Notes: generated from the letters alone by a model not told the origin. DNA of 64,000 nucleotides from Octopus sinensis (GCF_006345805.1 NC_043007.1:10912001-10976000), one strand, 5' to 3'. Shown: positions 24,876 to 37,535, counted from the stretch's first letter. Translations and numbers: made by a program.

Positions 24876-26686
24876 AAGGGTGATGCTCTAGATAGAAATA
24901 ACTACAGAGGCATCAAACTGTTGGACCAGGTGATGAAGGTCTCAGAGAAGGTCATAACCAATCTCATTAGGGAGAGAATTTGTTTAGATGAAATGCAGTT
25001 CGGTTTTGTACCAGGTAGAAGCACCACTGATGCTATATTCCTGGTCCGACAACTGCAGGAGAAGTACCTAGCTAAAGATAAACCCCTCTACATAGCTTTT
25101 GTAGACTTGGAGAAAGCCTTTGACAGGGTTCCCCGTTCCCTTATCTGGTGGTCGATGCGGAAACTGGAGATTGAAGAATGGCTAATAAGGGCTGTACAGG
25201 CTCTATACAGAGAGGCTGTCAGCAAGGTTAGGATTGGCAACGAATATAGTGAAGAATTCCGGGTAGAAGTAGGTGTGCACCAGGGCTCAGCCCTCAGTCC
25301 CCTTTTATTCATCATAGTCCTTCAGGCAATAACAGAGGAATTCAAAACGGGATGCCCCTGGGAGCTCCTCTATGCCGATGACCTAGTTCTCATAGCAGAA
25401 TCACTACCGGAACTAGAAGAGAAATTTCGGGTGTGGAAGCAAGGGTTGGAATCAAAGGGCCTTAGAATAAATGTAGCAAAGACCAAAGTATTAGTAAGCA
25501 ACAAGAGGTACTCAGCACACATCCCCTCGGGTAGGTGGCCCTGCTCAACCTGTAGGAAAGGTACAGGTAGAAACTCCATAAGATGCACCCAATGTAAGTT
25601 ATGGACACATAAGAGGTGCAGCAACATTAAAGGGAAATTAACAGATAAGATAGCTTTCATGTGCGGCAGATGTACAGGGACAATAGACACAACAGACACT
25701 CAGAAAACAGATTCCATCACACTCCAGGGAGAGAAACTAGAAGTAGTTGATAGTTTCCGCTACCTGGGTGACCAAGTTAGTAGCGGAGGTGGATGCACAG
25801 AGAGTATCACCACTAGAATACGAATAGCCTGGGCAAAGTTCAGAAAGCTCCTACCCCTACTGGCAACAAAAGGTCTCTCCCTCAGAGCAAAAGGTAGATT
25901 GTATGATGCATGTGTGCGAACTGCCATGCTTCACGGTAATGAAACATGGGCTGTGACTGCAGAAGACATGCGTAGACTTGAAAGAAATGAAGCTAGCATG
26001 ATCCGCTGGATGTAGTAGTGTCAGTGTGCACGCAAAACAGAGTGTAAGTATCCTGAGAGAAATGCTGGATATAAGAAGCATCAGATGTGGTGTGCAAGAG
26101 CGACGCTTGCGATGGTATGGTCATGTGCTGCGGATGGATGAAGAGAGATGTGTGAAGAAGTGCCACTCCCAAACAGTTGAAGGTATCAGGGGGAGAGGTA
26201 GACCCAGGAAGACATGGGATGAGGTGGTCAAGCATGACCTCAGAACATTGGGCCTCACTGAGGCAATGGCGAAGGACCGAGATCTCTGGAGATATGCTGT
26301 GACTACAAAGACCCGGGCTGCTTTCTGCAGCAATTCCACATACCCCCTACCCATTCTAAGTACCCCGGATCCCAAAAGTACACTGGATCCCCAAAGTACC
26401 CCGATCCCCAAAGTACCCCGGACCTCGTTGCCCCCGTGCCGCTGACACGTTAAAATGCTCGAACCGATCGTGACGATGCCGGACCCTCCGGCCCCTGTGC
26501 AGGTGGCACGTAAAAAGCACCCAATCCACTCACGGAGTGGTTGGCGTTAGGAAGGGCATCCAGCCGTAGAAACTCTGCCAGATTCAGACTGGAGCCTGGA
26601 GCGGCCCCTGGCTTCCCAGACCCGGTCGAACCGTCCAACCCGTGCTAGCGCGGAAAGCGGACGTTAAACGATGATGATGATGATGA

Positions 26687-26690
<4 letters not shown>
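24876..26690 (+). mobile_element. 5'-truncated RTE-clade LINE, copy 2 (diverged subfamily), flanked by (TA)n
   Basis: RT ORF 24921-26015 breaks at WM*, and the C-terminus continues in 26026-26445. Family D 3' module is present. Confidence 0.95.
24921..26015 (+). pseudogene. LINE RT with PHD-type finger, frameshifted near 26013
   Basis: YADD and CSTC..CTQC..H..C..CGRC motifs, followed by a premature stop. Confidence 0.85.
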
Positions 26691-26753
<63 letters not shown>

Positions 26754-26756
<3 letters not shown>

Positions 26757-27035
26757 GGAGGCGCAATGGCCCAGTGGTTAGGGCAGCGGACTCATGGTTG
26801 TAGGATCGCGGTTTCAATTCCCAGACCAGGCGTTGTGAGTGTTTATTGAGCGGCAGGGGGTGGTGGCGATCCCTGCTGTACTCTTTCACCACAACTTTCT
26901 CTCTTTCTTCTGTTGTCCTGCTCGCTTAGCCAGCGGGGTGGCGTCATTTGAAGGCTAAAACAATGCAAAGCGCATTGTGACCAGCGATGTGTAGCAACAT
27001 CTGATGGTCTGGTCGGTCACGGTGATCACGATGAT
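26754..27035 (+). mobile_element. SINE family C with (CACGGTGAT)-type tail
   Basis: tRNA-like head. The same tail appears inverted at 62598-62716. Confidence 0.85.
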
Positions 27036-27179
27036 ATATATATATATGGATCTCCTCAGGACTGCTTTTATCAGTGCATATATATATATATATATACATG
27101 TGCATGCTTGGTTATGTGTGTGTATGTATTGTAAATGAATTGTATATTTATACAAACATATACACACATGCACACACAT

Positions 27180-27885
27180 GTGTGATGGATGAGGAGAGAT
27201 GTGTGAAGAAGTGCCACTCCAAAACAGTTGAAGGTATCCTGGAGAGAGGTAGACCCAGGAAGACATGGGATGAGGTGGTCAAGCATAACCTTCGAACGTT
27301 GGGCCTCAGAGAGGCAATGACGAAAGACCGAGATCTCCGGAGTTATGATGTGACTGCAAAAACCCGAGAAATAATGTGAGTTCATGGCTGTTTCCTGCAC
27401 CAGTTTCGCATAGCCCCAGTCCATCCAAAGTACCTTGGATTGCAGAACGACCTGCTGTGCTTACCTTGGATTGTAGGGTAACCTGCTGTGCTTGAGGAGA
27501 CCTATTGAGTCAAGTACATTAGCATCAAAATAAATATCAAATGGAAATTGTAGTTGTGATATCTGTGCCGGCGGCACGTAAAAAACACCATCTGAATGTG
27601 GCTGATGTCAGCGCCGCCATGACTGGCTTCTGTGCCGGTGGCACGTAAAAAGCACCAACCAATCGTAGCTGCTGCCAGCCTCCCCTGGCACCTTTTCCGG
27701 TGGCACGTAAAAAGCACCCACTACAGTTACGGAGTGGTTGGCGTTAGGAAGGGCATTCAGCTGTAGAAACACTGCCAGATCAGACTGGAGCCTGGTGCAG
27801 CTTCCTGGCTTCCCAGACCCCGGTCGAACCATCAAATCCGTGCTAGCATGGAAAACGGACATTATACGATGATGACGATGATGAT
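27180..27885 (+). mobile_element. Short 5'-truncated RTE LINE, copy 4
   Basis: MDEERCVKKCHSKTVEGILERGRPRKTWDEVVKH, then a distinct 3'UTR and the family D module. Confidence 0.85.
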
Positions 27886-28209
27886 ATGATGGACTCTCCC
27901 AGCAAAGTTGATGATTGAGAGTTAAGCTTTTGCTGAAACACCTGCACAATTGATTTATTTATAGTGATGAGATGTAATTGCTTGTTCATTAGCTCACTCT
28001 TTCCATCAAATGAACATTACCTGGTGCATAAACGGTGCATGGTGTGACATGCAACAGGTGTTTAAGTGATCACAGAGCAACATGAGATGAAGTGTTTTGC
28101 ACCACAATGCACCACCTAGTCTAGGAACTGAAATCATGATTGCTAGATCATGAATACAATATCCTAACCACTGAGCCATGTGGACTTAACATGGCTTCCC
28201 ACACACACA

Positions 28210-28269
<60 letters not shown>

Positions 28270-28482
28270 CATGCATATATCTATGATAAGTATCATGTGC
28301 TACTTTCAGTTTCTGCCTGCCAAATCAACCCACAAAGCATTGGTCGGCCCAAGGCTATAATACAAGATACATATCCATGCTGCCACACAGTGGGACTGAA
28401 CCTTGGACCATGTGGTTAGGGAGCAAACTTCTTACAACACAGCCATACCTGCTCATATGTGTTTTATGCCATCAAATGCAGA

Positions 28483-28524
<42 letters not shown>

Positions 28525-28679
28525 ACACACACACTTGTGGCAGTGTGGTAAGAAGTTTGCTTCTCAACCACATGGTTCCAGGTTCAGTCCCACTGTGTGA
28601 CACCAAGGGCAAATGTTTTCTACTAAAGCCTTGGGCCAACCAAAGCCTTGTTAGTGGATTTGGTAGACAGAAACTGACC

Positions 28680-28880
28680 TCGTGTTTACCGTTGGCGATT
28701 TTTTTTCCTCTGTCTTCCCATTCTCTGGATCTTTCCTTCTCCTATGTTTCCGACGAAGAGCTCCGCTCAAAACGTTAAACCCTCCTTCTTTCCTTCTTTC
28801 CTGAGTGTCCAATAATACTATATTTGTTCCACGTCCTCGCGTTGTGTTTTTTTGTGCTTTCTTGTTTGGATTAACTATAT
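28680..28880 (+). mobile_element. Penelope-like solo terminal repeat with a decayed hammerhead motif (28746-28780)
   Basis: Inverted homologue at 38278-38472. Motif GTTT-CCGACGA-AGAGC-TCC-GCTC-AAAAC-GTTAAAC. Confidence 0.6.
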
Positions 28881-29118
28881 ATATATATATAAATATTTGT
28901 CTCCTTGTAATCACTTGACAACTAATGTTAGTGTGTTTATGTCCCTGTAACTTAGCAATTTGGCAAAAGAGTCCGATAGAATAAATACTAGGCTTACAGG
29001 GAATAAGTTTCTTAGACTGACGGTGGTGCTCCAGTATGGTCGCAATCAAATGACTGAAAACAAGTAAAAGAATAAAAGAGTATATATATGGTGTATATGT
29101 ATATGTGTATATGTATGT

Positions 29119-29171
<53 letters not shown>

Positions 29172-29749
29172 ACATATATATATATTATATATATGTAAGT
29201 GAAGTTGTATGATACCGCACGAGTGGAAATATTATATATATATATATATATATTATATATACATACACATACATACATACACATTATGTATGTGTTTGTT
29301 GAAAGGAAATATTAACATAGATGGATGCACATGCATACACACACATACATGCATATAGATGTATGTGTAAAGGCATGCATATATATGTGTCCAGATGATC
29401 TTTCACTTTCATGTATGTGTATGTCTGATAAGTATTGTTGATTATGTATGTATGTGAGTAGTTTGGAAAATATTCGTAAATATTTACTACATAAAATGTT
29501 TCCATAAATACCCGTGAATCAAGATAAAAATTAGCAGAGATATTTTTTGAATAGCCAATGTTATGAATAACATTTTGCATGTGGTATATAAAATTTTACT
29601 GATAGCCTCTTTTTCTCTCTCTTACACACACACATACACACAGAGTGCGATAGATAAATTGTCGTCATTTTATATTTTTAATTTCATGCATGCGCATTGT
29701 TTGCTTTTAATTTTGTTGACTACACAGTATAGTAGGGTCAGTTGGGCAC

Positions 29750-30522
29750 CATGACACAACACAATTCACTCTACCAGAAATTTGGAAACTAGATGCTGTA
29801 CTGCTTGGCATTCACACCAGAAACTCCAATATGAACATTTCAGAGTGTTTGGGTGTCAGTCTGAAGACAGTGCAGTCTGAGAACATGTACTGAGAGTGAT
29901 TAAAATCAAACATCCAGTCAACAACATGGTGTTTGGAGTGATCACTAGTGATGGGGACATTGTGCCTCCATTCCTCTTCCCACATAACTTCAGTTTCAAC
30001 ACGGAGGCCTACATCAAGTGTCTGGTGGAGGTAGTGCTGCCATGGTCAAGAGAATTGGTCAAAAGGATGGCTGCTGGAAGACCTTATGTCTGGCAACATA
30101 ACTCTGCACCATGCCACACAAGCAAGAGAACCCAGTCATGGCTGTCAGACAATTTCTGCAACCCCATCATCCCTAACATCTGGCCACCTAACTCCCCAGA
30201 CTGCAGCCCCCTTGATTATTATGTGTAGGGCACAGTTGAGGGAGACCAATAAAACTCCTTGTAACACCAAAGACGAACTGAACACAAAGATTATGGCAAT
30301 ATTCACCAACTTGAACAAGAGACCATCCAGAAGAGTTGCAGGAGATTCTGAAGTCATCTGGAGGCCATGGTTGAAGCCAATGACGATTTTATTGAATAGA
30401 TATAGTCTTTAGTATTTCAAGATATAGTTATGTAATTTTGGTAAATATATCTATCAAAATGAGATGTCAGTGATATTTTCATTTTTGCATAATTAAGATG
30501 ATGGTTTGTTCACCACAGCCTG
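29750..30522 (+). mobile_element. Internally deleted Tc1/mariner (maT, DD37D-type) transposon
   Basis: MVFGVITSDG..YVWQHNSAPCHTS..WPPNSPDCSPLDYYV, with 37 residues between the D2 position (here N) and D3. Ends CCTG|TA. Confidence 0.8.
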
Positions 30523-30544
30523 TATATATATATATATAATTTAT

Positions 30545-30710
30545 ATAATTAAGGCGTTAGCAAAAAGTTGTGGTGAAGCAACTTTTTGCTAAACCCTTAA
30601 TTATAGTTATAATTATAAAAAAAACTTTTTATATAAGTTTTTACCAATAATGGTTTTTTCCATACCGAAGCTACTTGGTGAAATTTGTTAATTATTAAAT
30701 TAATAATTTT
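30545..30710 (+). repeat. Copy of the AGCAAAAAGTTG hairpin family with a collapsed palindrome
   Basis: TTAGCAAAAAGTTG..CAACTTTTTGCTAA. Homologue at 39695-39895. Confidence 0.7.
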
Positions 30711-31092
30711 TTACTCTATATCTATAATATATATATATATAAAATTATATAGATAAAATTATTTAGTTTTTAAAGTAAGGATATATAATGATAAAGCCAT
30801 CACTTATAACTTACTTAAGTGTTATCATTATACACAAATCCGAACTTCTGCTATATAAATGCCATAGAGAAATATACTTTCTGGAACGCTAACGAACATT
30901 AGCGAGAATGTATGTTGAATATGATTTTGTGTTCTTTTAACCGCTATAAAAAAAATTCAACACAGTCATTTGACTGTGGCCATGCTAGAGCACTGCCTTT
31001 AGTCAAACAAATCGACCCCAGTACTTATTCTTTGTTAGCGTAGTACTTATTCTATCGGTGTCTTTTGCCGAACTACTAAGTTACGGGTATTA

Positions 31093-31420
31093 GGTTTGAT
31101 AACGGTCTTCAGCAAATTCACATAGATGTCTGAATTGAGCCTAAGGTCTTGTTCAAAGATATGGGTGGACATGATATGACCCTCATTGAACACACAATAG
31201 AGACTACAACAGTTTGGGGAAACTTAGTGTCCATGATGTTCATTCTACATTTTACAGCCTTTATTGTGTTCACAAAGCATTGACCAGCAGTCACAATGTC
31301 AGCATTTTGATACCCGGCACAAATCATCTTTCCCAATATTCAGATTGTTTCCAGTCCTCCATGTCAGCTAGCTTTTTCTCAACTACATCTTTAATCTTTA
31401 TGTTCTCCAACACCATTGAC
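31093..31420 (-). mobile_element. Second maT-like transposase fragment
   Basis: With frameshifts it reads TKFPQTVVV..CVFNEGHIMSTHIFEQDLRLNSDIYVNLLKTVIKP, homologous to 29920-30050. Confidence 0.7.
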
Positions 31421-31661
31421 TATTGTCCACCCCCAGTCCCACCCCCACCCCAAAAAACAGACATAGTTCTAAAATACAAATAATCATCATCTTTTGAAAA
31501 TTAATCATTTTTCCTTACAAAAAAAAAAAAAAGAATAACGAATATGAAGATGTTATGGCAAAGTGTTATTTTACTGGTGCATGACTTTTGTGCTGCTCTG
31601 TATATAAATATATATATATATATATAATCAAAATAAGCAACAAGGATATCCAGAGGTAATG

Positions 31662-31744
31662 CAGTACAATCGTTTCATGCAACTCCATTTAATTGAACAA
31701 TGCAATCATTACATCAATTTGAAATGCAAAGCAATCTTCAGCTG
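31662..31744 (-). ncRNA. Hammerhead-like motif with long stem II insert
   Basis: CAG-CTGAAGA..(about 55 nt)..GAAAC-GATT-GTA-CTG. Confidence 0.45.
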
Positions 31745-31820
31745 TACAAATACATAGAATTTAATTAAATTAGAACAGATGGACACATTAGTATAATTAT
31801 ACCTAAAATCTCCAAGTATA

Positions 31821-32580
31821 AGCACCCACTACACTCTCAGAGTGGTTGGGGTTAGGAAGGGCATCCAGCTGTAGAAACTCTGCCAGATCAGACTGGAGCC
31901 TGGTGCAGCCATCTGGTTCGCCAGTCCTCAGTCAAATCATCCAACCCATGCTAGCATGGAAAGCGGACGTTAAACGATGATGATGATGATGATAGCAGAA
32001 ACAATGGTTATGGAGACAGAGTATACTGGAAACTTTATCACAATGTTCATTTCAACATATGCTACACCTAATGTAGACCTGGTAATGATTGCGCAGTTAC
32101 CATGGATGATGCCAGGTAGCTATAGTCAGTGAACGTGCCTTGTCAGCATACTACTAGGAACATACCCAAAATGCAGTTAAAATTTTTAACTTAAATCTAA
32201 ACTTAAATTTTTGACATATACATAGGCGTAGGAGTGGCTGTGTGGTAAGTAGCTTGCTTACGAATCACATGGTTCCGGGTTCAGTCCCACTGTGTGGCAC
32301 CTTGGCCAAGTGTTTTCCTTTATAGCCTCAGGCCGACCAAAGCCTTGTGAGTGGATTTGGTAGATGGAAACTGAAAGAAGCCTGTTGTGTATATGTATAT
32401 ATGTGGTGTGTTTGTGTGTCTGTGTTTGTTCCCCCAACATCGCTTGACAACCGATAGAATAAGTACTAGACTTACAAAGAATAAGTCCTGGGGTTGATTT
32501 GCTCGACTAAAGGTGGTGCTCCAGCATGGCCAGTCAAATGACTGAAACAAGTAAAAGAGTAAAAAGCGAGTAAAAGAGTG
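31821..32580 (+). mobile_element. Family D element (31821-31993) and SINE A (32221-32580)
   Basis: Diagnostic motifs as above. Confidence 0.85.
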
Positions 32581-33109
32581 TACATACATACATACATACA
32601 TACATACATACATACATACATACATACATACATACGTACATACGTATGTATGTATGTATGTATATATTTTGTTGACGTCATAAAAGTTTCAAAAATGTCT
32701 ATAAAATTTTGCGAGAACATGAGATAATTCTTTTTGGGAACTGGATCTCAAAGCAGAGAAAGCTATAAATAATAGCAAGTAATTACAGGATTGCAAAACC
32801 TTTTTGGATAGAAAAACTCGACATCTGCCTATAAAAATACATACATACTAATATGTACACATACATGCATAACACATGTGCATATAGTAGCAGACAAATA
32901 ATATTGCGAGAAGTGGGGAGTGAGTGTGTGTGTACATGTGTGGATATGTGCGGGGTTTCTAGGAGTTTGGGAATGATCCAGAGAGTTGGGCTACCTATCA
33001 GCCAGTGATAATTACAGGTGTGAAGCAGAAAATACAACTTTCTATAAATATGCTAAGATATTCCTTTCGTTGTCTAAATATATCAATTCCATTGAAGTAC
33101 GTCTGTATT

Positions 33110-33162
33110 CATGTATGTAAGTATGTATGTGTCTGTGGTGTGTATGCTTGCAAGAATATATG

Positions 33163-33194
<32 letters not shown>

Positions 33195-33543
33195 TGTATG
33201 TGTGTATGTATGTATGTATGTGAGTATGTATGTATGCATGTATGTATGTATGTTTGTATGTATGTATGTATGTATGTATGTGCGTATGTATGTATGTATG
33301 TATGTATGTATGTATGTATGCATGCATGTATGTGTGTGTGTATGTATGTATGTATGTATGTAGTATGTATGCATGCATGCATTCATGTATATATATATGT
33401 ATGTATGTATGTATGTATGCATGCATGCATGCATGTATGTATGTATGTATGTATGTATACATCCATGTATATATGTATGTATGTATGTATGTATGCATGC
33501 ATGCATGCATGCATGTATGTATGTATGTATGCATGCATCCATG

Positions 33544-33577
<34 letters not shown>

Positions 33578-33690
33578 TGTATGTATGTACATACTGTGTG
33601 TATCTATATTTAAGGTAATATATGCATTAACATGCATATACATACATGTGCACATATGTATCTACAGACATATACATATATACATGTGTA
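33110..33690. repeat. (TATG/CATG)n array
   Basis: Direct reading. Confidence 0.97.
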
Positions 33691-34200
33691 TGTATGTTTG
33701 TGCATATAGGAGTGGCTGTGTAGTAAGTAGCTTGCTTACCAATCACATGGTTCCGGGTTCAGTCCTAATGTGTAGCACCTTGGGCAAGTGTCTGCTACTA
33801 CAGCCTCAGGCCGACCAAAGACTTGTGATTGGCTTTGGTAGATGGAAACTGAAAGAAGTCTGTTGTATACATATGTGTGTGTGTGTGTGTGTGTAGTTGC
33901 ATGCTACCAAGACCTAGCATCCCTCAGTTGTAGCGTAGTGCTAATACTTGACAGACACAGTACAGAGTTAATATTGCAAAGGTATAGTAAGGAGCTAGTA
34001 TTTCACAAAATCAATGCAGCGCTAGTACTTGACATATGTAGTGCAGAGATAGTATTGTACAAGTGCAGCATAAAACTGGTACTTCACTGATGTATTATGC
34101 AGGGCACCAAAGTACTTCACTGTTGTAGCTCAGAGCTTGAACTTGACAGATGCAGTGCAGACCTAGTATTGCACAGGTACAATAAAGAACTAATATCTTA

Positions 34201-34792
34201 CAGAGCTGGCAGAATTGTTAGCACGCCAGGCGAAAAGCTAGCGGTATTTCATCTGCCGCTACGTTCCGAGTTCAAATTCCGCCAAGGTCGGCTTTGCCTT
34301 TCATCCTTTCGGAGTCGATTAAATAAGTACCAGTTACACACTAGAATCGATGTAATCGACTTAATCCGTTTGTCTGTCCTTGTTTGTCCTCTCTGTGTTT
34401 AGCCCCTTGTGGGTAGTAAAGAAATAGATATTTTGTCTGCCGCTACATCCTGAGTTCAAATTCCACCAAAGTCGACTTTGCCTTTCATCCTTTCGGAGTC
34501 GATTAAATAAGTACCAGTTACGCACTGGGGTCGATATAATCGACTTAATCCATTTGTCTGTCCTTGTTTGTCATCTCTGTGTTTAGCCCCTTGTGGGTAG
34601 TAAAGAAATAGGTATTTCATCTACTGTTACGTTCTGAGTTCAAATTCTGCCGAGGCCGACTTTGCCTTTCATCCTTTCAGGATCAATAAATTAAGTACCA
34701 GTTATGCACTGGGGTCGATATAATCGACTTAATCCGTTTGTCTGTCTTTGTTTGTCCCCTCTATTTTTAGCCCCTTGTGGGTAATAAAGGAA
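34201..34792 (+). mobile_element. SINE B head plus three tandem ~184-bp core-tail units
   Basis: GTATTTCATCT..CCCCTTGTGGGTAGTAAAG repeated three times. Confidence 0.9.
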
Positions 34793-35280
34793 TATAATTT
34801 GACAGATGCAGTGAAGAGCTAGTTTTGCACAGGTACAGTAAAGAGCTAATATTTGACATCTGCAGTGAAGAGCTAGAATTCTATCAATGCATCATGGACC
34901 TTGTACTTCATATGATACATGTTGTTGTGCAGATTTAATACTTTTCAGCTGCATCACATACACTGGCCGAGGCGTTGTTCAGCCGTTATTAAGAATAAAG
35001 GCTACGGCACAAAGTACTAATATGTATTTCGTTCTTGTTGCTCAATTTTTGCTACAATCTTAAGATTTAAATAAAATTATAATGATATGGACTTAAACTA
35101 ATTTTGCTGGTAAATTTGAAACGTTTATATTAATTTAACATTAGAATTCTTCAAGTTGTATAAAAGCAGTTATTGTCTGCATCATTCGAAAGAGAAATAA
35201 ATTCAGCATAAGGTGTAAAAGATTAAGATAATTTGTATGGTGTCAGTAACAAAATATTTTGTAAGAAATAAAACTTTTAT

Positions 35281-35712
35281 TATCATCATCATCGTTTAAC
35301 GTCGGCTTTCCATGCTAGCATGGGTTGGACGAATGACTGAACCAGATGGCTGCACCAGGCTTCTTGATCTGGCAGAGTTTCTACAGTTGGATGCCCTTCC
35401 TAACGCCAACCACTCAGAGAGTGTAGTAGGTGATTTTACATGCCAGTCAGGCGGTACTGGCAGCGACCTCGCTCGAATCTTTTTACACATGCCACCGGCT
35501 CAGGTGCCAGTAAGGCGACTTTGGTAACGATCATGCTTGAATGGTGTCTTTTACATGCCACAGGCACGGAGGCCAGATAGCCACTCTGGCAACGATCACG
35601 CTCGAATGGTGCTCTTAATACCCAACTAGCACAAGGCTTGAGTACCAGTAAGGTGACGCTGGTAACGATCACACTCGAATGGCGCCTTTTAAGTGCTACT
35701 GGCACGGAAGCT
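35281..35712 (-). mobile_element. Family D variant with GGTAACGATCACACTCGAATGG subunits
   Basis: Terminal module plus four ~60-bp subunits. Confidence 0.75.
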
Positions 35713-36492
35713 GGTTAGCCAAAATTTATTTTCACCAGTGCAGCTAGTACTTGGCAAATTGCAGTATGCAGCAGGCATTGCACAAGTGCAACAGGAGGCA
35801 GCTAGTATTTCACAGATACAGTGCAGAGCTAGTCTTTTTTAAATGCAGGACAGAGTTAGCCTTTTTGGATGCAGCACAGAGCTGGTATTACCTACATCTA
35901 TGAGGCATAGCCAAGCTGATGCTGTACATGCACAGTACAAAGTTAGCATCTCACAGTTGCCACACAGGATAAAACTTGCTACAAGTATCTAACCTGTTCA
36001 TGTCAAATGACCTGCTGAATAGGATACCTGCACGTTGAATCTTATTTGTGAACAAATATTACAATAAATAAATACAATGAATGTAATCTTTTTAATCTTT
36101 AAATCAATCAGAGATCGTGACAATACGAAGAGTTGAAACACTTTAGATTGTTGATTAGTTAGAGCTAAGCCTAAGGTGTATTGTTGCGCAAAGATTTGTT
36201 TCGTAAATACGTGAGTAACCATTGGTTTGTTGCTGAGCCAATGGGAGAGAGAGAGAGAGAGAGCTGGAGTTTCTTGAAGGGCAATCTTGATCTGCTAGAA
36301 ATATTACCCACGTTGTCCCTTGCTATTTAAAAAAAGAGGAAGGACATATTAAATGATGTAGTTCTAGAGTTGGTGCTTTGGGGGTGGGGTGGAAACAAAA
36401 TATAGAATAAACAAAGAAACAAAAAGGCATGTGATATTTGCAGTTGGAATGCCTGAGGCCTGCTCTTAGATCAGGACTAACCGGAAGCTAAA

Positions 36493-36511
36493 TGACAACA
36501 ACAACAACAAT

Positions 36512-36583
<72 letters not shown>

Positions 36584-36709
36584 CACCACCACCACTACTA
36601 CTACCACTACTACTACTACTGCTGCTGCTGCTACCTACACCACCACCACCACCACCACCACCACCACCACCATCCACCACCAACACCACCACCACCACCA
36701 CCACCACCA

Positions 36710-36758
<49 letters not shown>

Positions 36759-36989
36759 GCCACCACCACCACCACCACTGCTGCACCACCACCACCAACT
36801 TACTTCTGCGCTGTTTCATACATATCTCTTCTACTGCAAAGACTTATGCTGCTCTTCTGAACTATGTCTCTAATATATACAAGACCAGCTTCAATCAAAA
36901 TCTTAAATCTATTTCTTTTCCTTTTATTCAAACCAACTATTTCATACAAAGAAGCAAAAGCAAAATAATAATAACAATACTACTACTAT

Positions 36990-37077
<88 letters not shown>

Positions 37078-37126
37078 CCTTTTGACTACAAGCTTAAGCC
37101 ATGCAAATGATTTTGCCAGCTGGCTG

Positions 37127-37169
<43 letters not shown>

Positions 37170-37191
37170 GACGACGACGATGATGATGATG

Positions 37192-37220
<29 letters not shown>
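36493..37220. repeat. (ACT/ACC/AAT)n trinucleotide tracts
   Basis: Direct reading. Confidence 0.9.
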
Positions 37221-37223
<3 letters not shown>

Positions 37224-37481
37224 CTTTTCTACTGAAGGCACAAGGCCTGAAACTTTGAGGGAGGGGGATAGTCGATTACATCGACCCCACTGTATCTCTG
37301 GTACTTAATTTATCGACTGCAAAAAGATGAAAGGAAAAGTTGACGTCGGCAGAATTTGAACACTCAGAACCTAGCGACAGGTAAAATACCACTAAGCATT
37401 TCATCCAGCATGCTAACAATTCTGCCAGCTTGCCACCTTAATTAATTAAATAATAAGTAATAATAATGATGATGATGATGA

Positions 37482-37535
<54 letters not shown>

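Larger units (their letters stand above)
33910..35965 (+). repeat. Degenerate 27-bp tandem repeat (about GAGCTAGTATTGCACAGATGCAGTGCA) in three blocks: 33910-34200, 34797-34915, 35737-35965
   Basis: Consecutive 27-nt units beginning GAGCTA, GACCTA or GAGTTA, split by later insertions. Confidence 0.75.
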
